Positions 40,107-51,442 of a stretch of DNA of 64,000 nt are shown in pieces. The stretch comes from Ramazzottius varieornatus. Taxonomy: Eukaryota; Animalia; Tardigrada. The number at the start of each line of letters is the position of its first letter. The stretch's first letter is position 1. The DNA lies in contig BDGG01000007.1 in NCBI GenBank assembly GCA_001949185.1, positions 1,570,730 through 1,634,729 of the forward strand, in the 5' to 3' direction. Position numbers and translations under genes: made by a program. The notes beneath the pieces are model-generated. The model saw only the letters and a program-made list of their open reading frames with translations. It was not told the DNA's origin and did no database searches.

Positions 40107-40714
40107 ATGTGACGTAACACTTCTCTTTCTTCATCTGGCAACTTTGGCAGCATGAATGGCCCATTCAACTCTGACTAACCGTGTCAAGATACATTTTCCT
40201 TTATTTCGGACTTTGGCGCAGAGTGCCGGCCTTTAGGAGGCGCAGCCTTCATCCACTCCGTGATTTTGTTCTTCGTTCCTGGAGCTTTGCACGCGTGGCA
40301 GAGTGATGGTGGAAGTCGCACTTAAAGCCAGGCTTGAAGGAATGAGGCTGACTGATGCTGCTATCTACACTGCACCGACATCGGACTGGAAACTATTGTT
40401 TACGGGGCCCAGAAGCTGTCTAAAGTGAAGCCCACAAACCGTTGCAACAGATGAACGAAAGGGTCAGAAATGCAGCATATACAATGCCTGTACATAAAAC
40501 CAACAAGCAAGCTGATTTGTAAAGCAGTGCTCGACTGCAAAACTAAAACTCCTTATCCACAGTACAGAGCAATGAAACGAAAAGTGGCCGATTAAACAAC
40601 AACCAGTAAACAGAGTAAAAAAAAGAAATAAATCATGAACATAGTCTGATGCGGGTTGCACAGCGGCCATCGCACAAGTTTAATAAAAGAGAAAGATGAG
40701 CCTCAAGCAGGCTT

Positions 40715-40962
40715 CTACCGTTGCTGTTGTTGCTGGTTCTGTTGTCCATACATTTGCTGTGCCTGTGGCTGTTGCTGCTGCTGATGCATGAACATTTGCT
40801 GGCGTTGATCAGGTGGTTGAAACTGAGCAGGTGGGGGCGGAACTGGGCTGGGACCACTCAGGTACTGGACAGCCTGTTGTTGGGATGGCGGGTAATACCT
40901 TTGCTGAGGCTGCTGAGCTTGCTGCTGCTGCTGCTGCTGTTGCTGCTGCTGTTGCTGCTGCT

Positions 40963-40993
<31 letters not shown>

Positions 40994-43900
40994 AACTTGC
41001 TGGCGACGCTGCTGCTGGCTTTGACGGAGATGCATGATAAAGTCCTGCTGCTGTTGAGGCGTCATGGAGGGATAGCGCTGTTGCAGCTGCTGCAGCACCG
41101 CTTGCGGCGTGCGCGCTGGCATCTGACCGTAGGCCGTCGCAGCGCCTGCTGGAGGTTGCACTTGTCCATGAGCCATCTGCGGGTTCATTGCAGGCATCTG
41201 ACCACCCTGTTGTTGTTGCTGCTGCTGCTGCTGCTGTAGGGCCAAGTTGCGGTGGGCTTCAACCTGCATCTGCTGCTGTTGTGCAGTATTGATGGAAGGT
41301 CCTTGTGCACTGAGCATGTAGTTGAGCGTGGGATTCTGTTGCTGCTGCACACTCTGACCTTGCATATTCTGTAGAAAGAGACAGCATGGTTAAGTTTAAT
41401 AACGAATGGTGACGTCGGCCAGGGAACGCGACAAGATTGTTCCTCAAGTGGCGCACGCTTCCAGCTACCAACTCGGCACAGATGCGCCACTTGGGCACAG
41501 CATCTTGTCGAGCTGCTTTGCCCAGCGACCAACCGAAGAAGAAAACTGTGTAGAAAAGGTACTGCCTACCGATTGATTTTGACGAGCGATAATGAGGTTC
41601 TGCAGGTTGGAGCGCGCTCCCAGGTGGGCCGCCATGCGTCGATTCTGCTGCTGCTGCTGCTGCAGCGAGTAGGAAGAAGGGGCTGGACCAAGGGAGGCAG
41701 GCATGGCTGCTGCCGCCGCATTATAGGAGGTCGCCATCATGCGAGCTGGAGGCGGCTGTTGCGGCAGATGCATAGCCGGCTGACCGCCCAGGTGAGCATG
41801 TCCAGCCAGCTGCACTTGCTGCGATGCGGGCATAAGGTGAGGAGCTGGACCGGCAGCGCCATTGTACCAACTGATGGGCTGGGGCAGCGCCTCCGCTGCG
41901 CCAGCGTACACTGGGTTACCCGTCGTCATCAGATGGCCAGCTGCCCCTGTAACAGCACCAGCATAACTGATAAGACAGACGGAGGCTATACAGCATCTAT
42001 GGGGAAAAGGCCTGTCAAGGCCGTGCTGGGCTCATGCTTGATGGAGAGGACTGTAACTTACCCAGCTGCATGTTGCTGGTGGGAAAGTGTGAGGTGCCGA
42101 GGGCCGCTGGCGACTTGGTCTGGCGCTTCTTGGGCGGGCCAGCAGCTGCCTGGCTAACGGAGGCGCGCTTATTCTTGGCTGGTCGGGCCGATCGCGGGCT
42201 GCGTGGCGAGGCCGTGTCCAGGGATGTGGTTTCGCTGACGGCCGGCTCCGAGTCGCCCAGCAGGCTGGCCGCTTCTTCCTGTTGGATGGCCAGCGGGATG
42301 GGCGGCGCTTCCATGTAGTAGGCCAGCGCTTTGGCGCCACCATGCGTATGCCACGCCATCAGGTAGCGGTTAACCTCCAGGCTGGGCACTCTGCGTTCTA
42401 AGCGCACCGCCCCAAAGAAGCTCCAGCACAAGGGCTGAATGTTGCGGAAACCTTCCATGATTTCCCAGGGGTTCAGCTGTACCTTGTGCAAAGCCTGTGT
42501 CAAGAGAGCAAGATGAAGAAAAGTCTCGTCGCGAACGCAGGCCACAGTGACACAAGACAAGTCGACAAGGTCTGGTATAAGAAAGTTACTTGGAGGAGGT
42601 GCAGGCGCTTATCGTTGACAGCCCCAAAAGGGACAACCTTGTTGCCCTTGGCGTCGGTGGTGGTACCGTAGGCTTCGACGGTCAAGACGTCCAGGTTCTT
42701 CTTGGCCATGGGCAGGAGGCTGCGAATGTGTAGGATGCCGGCCGTCTTCTTCTCGCCAATGTCTTTGCGCAGCCGCTTAACCAGGCTGGGATACAGCTTG
42801 CGCTCTTCGTTGCCCAAGGTGGCCGAGGCCGAGGTGGAAGCTTTGGCCTCGCCTTGGCCAGCGCTACCCGGGCTAGTCTGCGACAAGACCAGACTGTCAA
42901 AAGCCAGCAAGTTGTGCGTCAAGACCGTCAGCATGTCAAAGACCAGGTCAAAGACTGGTGGCGTCGAGTGGGCCGGATCGACACAGCCGGATATGATCAG
43001 TTGGCCCAGCAAGACAGCCCACTCCAGGGCTAAATGACTGCGCTTCTGGATACAGTCAAAGAGGGAGCCGACGACGCTGAGGCGCAAGGAGATGGCTTGG
43101 CAGAGGGTGGCGCGCGAACGCTCCTCGGCAGTGGGCGCCACCGCCGCCCGTACCTCTTCCTCGACCAAGCGCAACAGCTGGCCATGGATGGCGCGCAGCA
43201 CGTTCTCCTTCAGCGCCCAGCTCTCCGGGTTGCCCTGCTGCTTGGCGCCTTGGGCTGCCTTACCCACTTCCGGCACTTCGCCCATGCAGGTGGACATCAG
43301 GCTGATAAAGGGCGGACAGGCCAACAGTAGCGAACTACAAGTGAGGGCTTAGTCTTATTTATCAGGCGCCTTTGCTCACATATGATGAGGGTTCAGGCCA
43401 ACGTACCTCTGTGCCATCTTGTCGCGTTCTTTGGGTCGAAAGGACAGTGGGTGCTTGTCAATGACAGCCATAATGTGCTTGAGGACCTTGTGCTGCACCG
43501 GCACATGCAGCTTGGCCACCAAGGCCGCAATGTACCAGGTGTGCTGCCCACTGTCCACTTCGTAACGCAGTATAGACTGGGCTTTGCCCTTCTTGACATG
43601 GCCCAGATGGTGGGCCGGCTGGCCGCTGGCGCTGTCCCCGCCGCCGCTCTTGAGCTGGAAGGCCTCAATGACGGCGCGGCCGAACGTCTCCACCATCGTG
43701 TTGTGTTCCGCCGTCCGAGCCTACAGACATAAAAAGACCCCCTCTCTTATACAGCCGCTTCATAACCAAGAGAAGAGCACTGTGCCTTCTTACGGCAGTC
43801 TCTTGGGGGGAAGGATTGGGGCCAGTGGCGCTCTGACCGGTGATGGGTGGCTCCAGCATGAGCTGCAGCTCGACCCAGCAGATGCGAATGTTCCACTGGT

Positions 43901-46900
43901 CCAGACTATGAAGGATACGGTGCATAATGTACATGGGATTGTCGGGCCGCTCTTCGGCAAAGGTGGCCGCCGCTTGGGGCGGGTAACAGATGAGGTGGAC
44001 CAGGTGGCGCGTCTGCTGCACCACCATGATGGGATCCAGTAGGAGGTCCAAGGAAAAGAGGTTCTCCAACTCTTTCAGCACCAGCTCGCGTGCCACTTCC
44101 TCCTGGCAGATTTCCCGCAGCGCCATCCGGGCAAAGTCAGCCAGTCCGGCAATGTCGTACCTACAAAATAATAACGTTAACTTGAGCGGTCTTTTCTGCC
44201 TACAGCGCTGTCCACCAAACTCTGCCTGACCCGATAGGTTGCTGGACGGAAGGGCACAATGGCACCTCGTCACCGTCCAGGGCTTCGCGCTTGACACTGG
44301 CGCTACTTCCCTGTCCATTCTTGAGGGACTGTCCGCCGGCCGATTCACTGAGGACCAGCATGGCTTTGAGGACAGCCAGCAGTGGCGCCACCCCCAGGTC
44401 GCGCCTGGCCGATGCCAGTAGGGCCCGATCCCAGGGGTACTTGAGGTAAAAGACGGGCATGGCGCCCTGCCCTTCTTCCGGTGGGCCATGCCAGCCCCGC
44501 AGCAGCCGCAACATGATGTGGGCCACCAGCCGCCCGCCATTCTCGTCGCCGGTGGCGTGGCGACTGGCCGCCATCAGCGTCACGATGGCCACATAGCCGA
44601 TAAAGTCTTCCAGCCGGATGCAGTGGCGCGCCACCAGGATGCAGCAAAAGATGGCCAGCCGCTCTTGCACACACTTGTCGCCTAAATAGCCCTAAAAATT
44701 CCACCTGCCGTTATCCAAGCCATAAAAGCATCCTCTAAGTTGTCATTGGGGTGCTATAAAAGGATGGGACAAGCTAAAGGCTGACCTTGACCACTTCCAG
44801 CAGGTCGGAATAAGGGATGGTCTTGTTGAAGGTGAACTGCAAGCAGAGGGCCTGGAAGGCGGCCAGCCATTCGGCAGTGAGGCCGATACAGCTGGCCGTC
44901 ATTTCGGCACACAAATGGGCCATCTCGTTGAGGCGATCGGCCTCGTCAAGGCTGCCCTGGCTGCGACAGACGGCAATCAGCGTGTTGACGACAAAGCTGT
45001 GCTGCCCCAGCGGTTCGCCCAGCCGCTTGATGGTGTCGGCGCCGGGCCGGCGGCTGAGGTCTTGCAGGTACTCGCTCATAAAGGCGGCATCCCACGTTTC
45101 GCCTTTGGTGGCCGGCTTGGTCTTCTTCATGATGATGGAGCTGATGCTGCGGCTGGCTGTATGAAAGTCCGTGTAACGCGACTGTAGCATGCTGCAACAC
45201 TGCAAAAGCACACACCGACACCCCCTCAAAAGTCGCCCATCACCAGCAGACCAAACACAGAGCAGAGCCTTCAACACGCTACCTGGTACAAGTCGTACAT
45301 GCAGGCCAGAACGCAGCGTTCCGTCGAGCTGCACTGACCCACCATGAAGCCGGAATTGGCCACAATCAGCCGTAAAGCGTCAAAGGCCACGGCCGTTCGT
45401 TCCGACGACAAGACCTGTCAACACAGCGGCAACCATTTTACCTCCACCCCGCTGCTGCTATAAAGCTGGTGCTTGAAAGTCAGCTCACCAAGCAGTTATG
45501 ATACTTGCGCAGCAAGCCGACACAGTGGAGGGTGACGGAGGGAAGGATGGCAGCGGCCAGGCCGCCTAGTTGTCGGCTGACCAGAAGGGCTTCGATACTC
45601 TTGACATGGTTCAATATGTCAATGACGCGCTGCAGCAGCTGGCCGACGTCCAGTGCCGCTTCGCTCTGTTCCAGTATGCAGGTCACTGTCTCCAGTGCCG
45701 GCATGTAATTACTGTTGCCTATCGCGCCGACAACGGTCAAGATTGAGGCTACAGTCAGGTTACGCTGCACTTACCGTTGAGGAGGGCCTTGAGGGCGTTG
45801 TCCAGAGCCGGCATGACTTCATTGTTAATCTGTTGGCGGTCAAAGACGGGCAGTTGCCGGAAGCGATGGCGCAGTTGGGCGCAGGTTTGGCCTAAAGCCT
45901 TGGGCGACTTCAACCTGCTAGCATCACTGACATCGTAGCAGCGCTTCTTGCTCAGCAGCTTCTTCATCTCTTTGGTTAGTCGCCGCACCTGGTCTTTGGC
46001 TTCCTGGCGGGCTCGGCCTACACCGTACAGCAGGATGCTGCGCTGCTTCATCTCGTGGTCCTTCATCTCCTGGTCTTGGCCCTCTTGCTTGCGTCCGATG
46101 GGCAAGTGGAGGAGGAAGGTCCGGTGGGGGTTGAACTTGCCGTGGCTGCTGGGCTGCGAGGTGCTAGCTGCTCCTTCCGACGTCATGGAGGAGACGCTGG
46201 CTGGCTTCTCATCGTAGCCATCCAGTAAGGACAGGTCGCTGGTCAGGTAGTCCGCTTGAGAAGCGGAATAGCTGCTCGAGATGCCTTGACTGCAACGTAT
46301 ACACAACAGTAACACACGCCACTGGCTGCCTTCATCCCCACTTGCTGGTTAAGAAATTATACCTGGAGTAGAGTGGTGGCGGTGGTGGAGGCACCATGTT
46401 GGCGTGTGGCTGGGGCCACTGGCGTGAAGGTGGAGGGTAGAGGGGAGCGGCCATGGGCGAGGGCAGCGACGAGGACATGCCACCATAGGCCGACATGGAA
46501 GGGCCACCTTGCTCAAAGCTGTACAGCGAGGCGCCTGGTGCCACCTTGGGCGACACCGTGCTCGTCATGCCGTAATAGCCACCTGAAACAGCCCCACACA
46601 TCCATGCTGCCTTCATTGCTTTTACTCAACCAAAGTGGGCAAGCATTTATTTTGATTCTAGGCGTCGCAGCTTGAGTCGGCCCGTTTCCACCATAGTAGG
46701 CAGCTGTCAAGGTGGTGCCCAGCACGGCCTCGACAGGGTATTTGTCCGGCAGGGGACAAGGGAGGACTCAAGTTGGCACTCTTCTGGACAAAACAAACCT
46801 GGGTTATTGTCGTGGCCCCCGTGTTCCATGAGGTTATGCTGCGGCATCATTGCATGTTGGGGAGGGTTATACTGCGGTGGTGGTGGCGGTGGTCGTGGAG

Positions 46901-49118
46901 CAACCGGTGGTTGGGAGATCAAGCCGCTGGCAATCAGTGCGCGAACATACAGATCGTGGGAAAAGAGGTGATGGTTGACCAGTTCGGTAAAGAGCAAGAG
47001 GATGTTAAGAAAGGGCGGACTATCGGGTGAGGCGTCGAGTCCCTTAATGTGCTGGGCGGCCTCTTGGTCCAGGTAGCGCATCAGGCAGTCCTGGAACAAG
47101 TAGAGGGGCTGGCCTTCCTGCTGGTTGTGCCGCGTCTTCCAGTGGGCGGCCACGTCGCCCTGCAGCCGTTCCAGCAGCAGGCCAATGACCATGCCGCGGT
47201 GCAGGCCACTACGCCTGGTGCTGACACTCCACTGGCACAGCAGACGGACCAAGGCTTCCACCTCCTGCCGCCAGACCGACAGCGACGTCTCGCAGGAGGC
47301 ATCCGCCGTCGACAGCAGCTCCTTGATGGCCTTGTACAGCTTGTCCAGGTTGTCCTTGCCATCCGACTTGTGAAAGGCGTAGCGGTCCAACGCTTCCAGT
47401 GTTCGCACCAGCAGCCACACATTGTGCATCTTATTCTCTGCAAAAGTTACACACATCCCATTTACTGCGATATCATATCAGGCGAAAGACGGTCTCATTA
47501 CCATCAGCTGTAATTTTGGGGTTGGCCCATCTGCCTTCAACAGCCGCCGAGCGCTGACACAGCTCTTCCTCTTTATCCTTCAACTTTTGCAGGAGGTGAG
47601 GATCGTTGGTGGCTAGTGAAGGCGTGAGGGGCATCTCCGACGGCAAGGGTAGTGGGACATCCAAGGGTGAGCCTTCATTGGACCAGGCCATGCTGTTGCC
47701 GTTGCCGGCGCTGTGGCGACTGGCGCTGCTCTCTTCGTTGAGGTTCAGCAACCACAAGCAGGCTGAACTACAGTTGACCACCGCCAACTGCACGATGCTA
47801 ATGCAGATGGTAACGGGGACCGAGTGATGGCTACACTCTAGGGCTTCTTCCAGTAACTGTAAAGGGCTCTTGGGGCTCTTTCGACCGCAGATGCTGTGCA
47901 AGTAGCGGCTGCAGCTGCTGACCAACTTGCGCGTCAGCATCTCCGACTGGAAGATGTCCGCTGTGAATTTCAGCACCGATGGAGCCACCAACTTGAGCAG
48001 GCCGCCGTCGCCCTTCAGCCGAGCCATTTCCATCGTTTCCACCAGCCAACTGCAGACCTACAACCATAACGAACGAGTGGCTAGAGGATGAGCAAGCCCT
48101 CACAGAAGGCTATGGCTGTACCTCGTGGCGATCGATGAGAGCCTCTTCGTACAGATGCTGCAGCAGTCCAAAGCAGTACTTCCACTGCTTGCTGCTGCTG
48201 TCGTAGTCGGCACTAGCGCCGGAAGTCGCTCCTGTCTGCAGGGCCAAAGCGCCAGCTGCGGCGCCATTATTACTTCCCTCGTTCTTCTCAGTAGCTGTCA
48301 GGCGATAGCAGTCCGACAGCTTCTGCAAGACATCTTTCAGGCATTTCAACAGCGCCATCGTCCATTCCAGCGTTGGATCGTTCACCTGGCGCTTCTTAAC
48401 CTACGAGCAGCAAGGCACTTTGCAAATATAGGGCCTGTACACCAATGAAGAATAACATCAGACCAGACTTCCGTTATACGCAGCTTGTTAGGCCGCAAGA
48501 GCTAGTGCATGGTGCTGTCGACGTCCTGCCTGAAAAGTGTGTAGGGGAAGAGCTCACCTTGACATCGGTCTGCAGTGCAGCATGTGCTGCCAGCAATTTC
48601 ATGAACCAGGCAGCTTTGACGTAGGGAACGTTATAGTCATAGCAGGCCAGCACGACTTCTTCCTTCTTGTTGAACAAGGGAATGCGTTTGGGTAGGGGGT
48701 TGGCGGGTCGTGAGACGTGCAACTCTTTGAAGACGGCATCAAAGCTGGCTTTGACGGCGCCATTACTCTTGGCTTGGGCTGCCGGGAAGAAGTTATCCTT
48801 GTTGGTGAAGAGCGTCCGCTTCTTGCTAGAGTCTTGCAGCACATTCAGCTCCTGACGCTTGGTCAGCAGCGAGGCAAAGTAGGCGCTGACTTGGCCAGCC
48901 GGAACGTGACTAGCTGAACTGCGCACACTGCCATACTCGTCCAGGGAAACGGGGGCGTAGATGAAGCCTTGTTTCAGCGTGACAGCCGACAACTCATCTT
49001 CGCGCTGTTTGGTATCTTGCGGATAGACATCCGGCGGTCCAAGACGGGCCTTCTTCAGCGGGCGTTTCCACGTTGTCCCTGTCCACGATGTCCCTCCATT
49101 GTTATCCAACGACGACAT
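40715..49118 (-). CDS. MED12: Mediator subunit MED12 (multi-exon)
   Basis: N-terminus KRPLKKARLGPPDVYPQD..QREDEL..KQGF; VPYVKAAWFMK; LCQWSVSTRRSG.HR; LFSHDLYVRALIASG; QRSILLYGVG; LAIFCCILVARHC; NPWEIMEG; C-terminal PQL-like and polyQ regions. Confidence 0.96.
40919..40993 (-). repeat. CAG/CAA microsatellite encoding Q25 in MED12
   Basis: Coding strand reads (CAG)5 CAA [(CAG)3 CAA]x3 (CAG)6 CAA. Confidence 0.92.
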
Positions 49119-49885
49119 GATCGGACTGCAGTGACCAGTTGCGCTTCTTAATTCAGCCAGCAAGGACGACGACGACACTGCATAAAGTCCCTCTGTCCAT
49201 ACCCCCAGGCGACAGCTTCCCCAGTCTTCCGCCAACGACCATCAAGTGCAACCAAAACTACTTCCTGCCACCTGATAGAGGAATCATCACGACTCCCCAA
49301 TCATCCAACCTTCGAAAGAAGTCTAATACGTGACGTTCTGTCACTTCTGTGCTGCGTCCTGAATAACTCCTGACCCAATCAAGTCTCAGGTCAATCAAGT
49401 CAACGCGTTGTCTCCAACTCGCAGTTTAACAATCGCAGTGTCTCGAATAAGCGTACTCTTGCTGCAGATGGTCGATTTGCTCGGCTTGCTATGCTTTGCC
49501 TTCGCAGCACTTTACGGTCGAAATGTCTTCAAGGGTTTGCGAACTATGCCTTCAACGTGTCTTCGCTGCATATTGACTAGAACTAGCTCAACCAAATACC
49601 ACACCACCGAACACCGTACCCGCACATCGCTACTTGATTATTCGATTTCCTTTTTTCCGCACGGTAACCGCTGACTGGGCGACATACCGTGAGATTTCAC
49701 GAATTCCCCGCTTCTCCGTATCTCTTCGATTCATGATTCTTCGAAGTTTTGACACCTGCCGTGACCTGCGAAATCAAAAGCCATCTTCATCACAAGTTGC
49801 TGCCTGGAACATCCCCTCCCATTGTGCGGACAATCACTGTTTGTCGGTTGAGTGGAAACAGCGTGTCGTTCTGTTTCACAGCGCC

Positions 49886-51442
49886 ATGGACAAGACATCG
49901 ACGTGCAGTGCCCCTTCACACGGAGGCATCCCTCCGCCGATCATGACCATCAACCCTGCTCCCAGCACACCAAACAGGAACATGAAGAAGGAGCTGAACG
50001 ACCACGCAGAAATGCGTCTCGAAGATTTCATGAAGAAATTCAGCGTAGGTACGTCTCTAGAAAACCTCCGATTGATGATCAACCAGATCAAGTCGCGCAT
50101 AATCTCGACCCACACGAAGTTGCGGAAAGAGGTCGGTAGCTGGTCATAGCTTCGCACTTTCAGTGTCGAATCAGTTCTTTCTCCCGACTGCTTTTGCTGA
50201 TTACTGGTGCTTGTGTTGTAGGTGACGATGTATGGGTCATCAGTAAGGGACAGTGGCACGAAGCTAAGATCATTCTGATCGAAACGTACAAGTATCCCGG
50301 AGATGAGACGACATCCGTGCCCATCTACAGAATTCATTACCCGGATTGGGGAAAACGGTAAGCAGGCTCCGACATCCATCGGATGCGGCAGAAGGAAGAT
50401 GTCTGATGCTTTTTCCTCTTCAGGTATGACGAGTGGATGTACAACGATTCGCTGATGTTGCAGAACACAGAGAACAACGCCAAGGCCTCGGCCGAAAACG
50501 GCGCCTTGATGGAGGCCAGGTATAAACTCTGGGGAAAAATTCACGTTTGTTTTCTCCGGATAGACTTATGCATTACGTTGCGTGATATTTAATTTTGCAG
50601 TGGAATCAAGAGTATGAAGACCGGAAAGAGAACGGCCCAGGCAGACAAGACCAGTTCTTTGCAGATGACGGCGAAAAAAGCCAGAGTGTTTCAAAGCTCC
50701 AATCCTGTGCCTATCAACGGAGTATTTCCCTCCAGAGGCCGAGGAAAAGGTGGAAGCAGAGGAGGCGCGACTGCCGAACCTAGGGGTAACTTCAAAAAAT
50801 TTTACCTCTAGTGCCGAAGCAGTCGAAGTAATGCGCGAGTTCAACCGAACATTTCGGTAGTGTACCTTGACTCTCGAATGTCTGGAAAATTATTTATGCT
50901 GCATGCTCATCCCATTGAATTTTCCATTGAATTCCGCTCACAGGATATTCATTTTCAATACTTTTCCAGGTACGACGAGCAGTAAACAAGCGAGAATTGA
51001 TGCAGAACTGTCTGCGGGAGATAATATTTCAGCTGCGGGCTGTCAGTCGCTGGAGCCTCCCAGCATGGCTTCAGCGCTCGAAAGCGAGCCGACCACCTTG
51101 ACCGACAACGGAAAAGCGCACAGCTTAGAGCCAGCTATTTCATCTGAGAAGTCGATTAACCGACTGGAAAACCCATCCAGTATCAAGAAAACCGAAAGAG
51201 CGAAGAACACTGGTGCGAAGAAAAAGGTGCCAGCCGACCGAGGAGTTCCATTTTCGTTTATACTGGGTCGTTTCTTCCGCGGAAAGCTTAACCATCCAGC
51301 CTTCGTCAGCAGGGCCGCCCATAAGCTCCACGGCCTTGTCCCAGCTAGCGCGAAACATGTCGGGAAGTCCGGTGGTGGCAAAGTCCGTCAGCACATTGGG
51401 CGGTCTTGTTCCATCTCCCGACAAATCGACCTACAAACATAA
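49886..51442 (+). CDS. Transposon-borne chromo-barrel (Tudor-knot) domain protein, ~350 aa, 5 exons
   Basis: Exons 49886-50048, 50222-50357, 50424-50519, 50601-50785 and 50970-51442 join in consistent phase via GT-AG introns (1053 nt). They give KFSVG|DDVWVISKGQWHEAKII...YRIHYPDWGKR|YDEWM, the MRG15/MSL3/MOF-type chromo-barrel pattern. Confidence 0.8.

Noticed and set aside
39814-40117. Mirror ORFs (KENEFWTPDR) on both strands
   Set aside because: Artefact of the palindrome.
40721-41239. 172-aa poly-Leu ORF and poly-Ala ORF on the + strand
   Set aside because: Antisense shadows of the MED12 polyQ exon.
49876-50544. 222-aa - strand ORF with a hydrophobic C-terminus
   Set aside because: Antisense to the spliced chromo-barrel gene, which has consistent splice sites and a recognisable domain.
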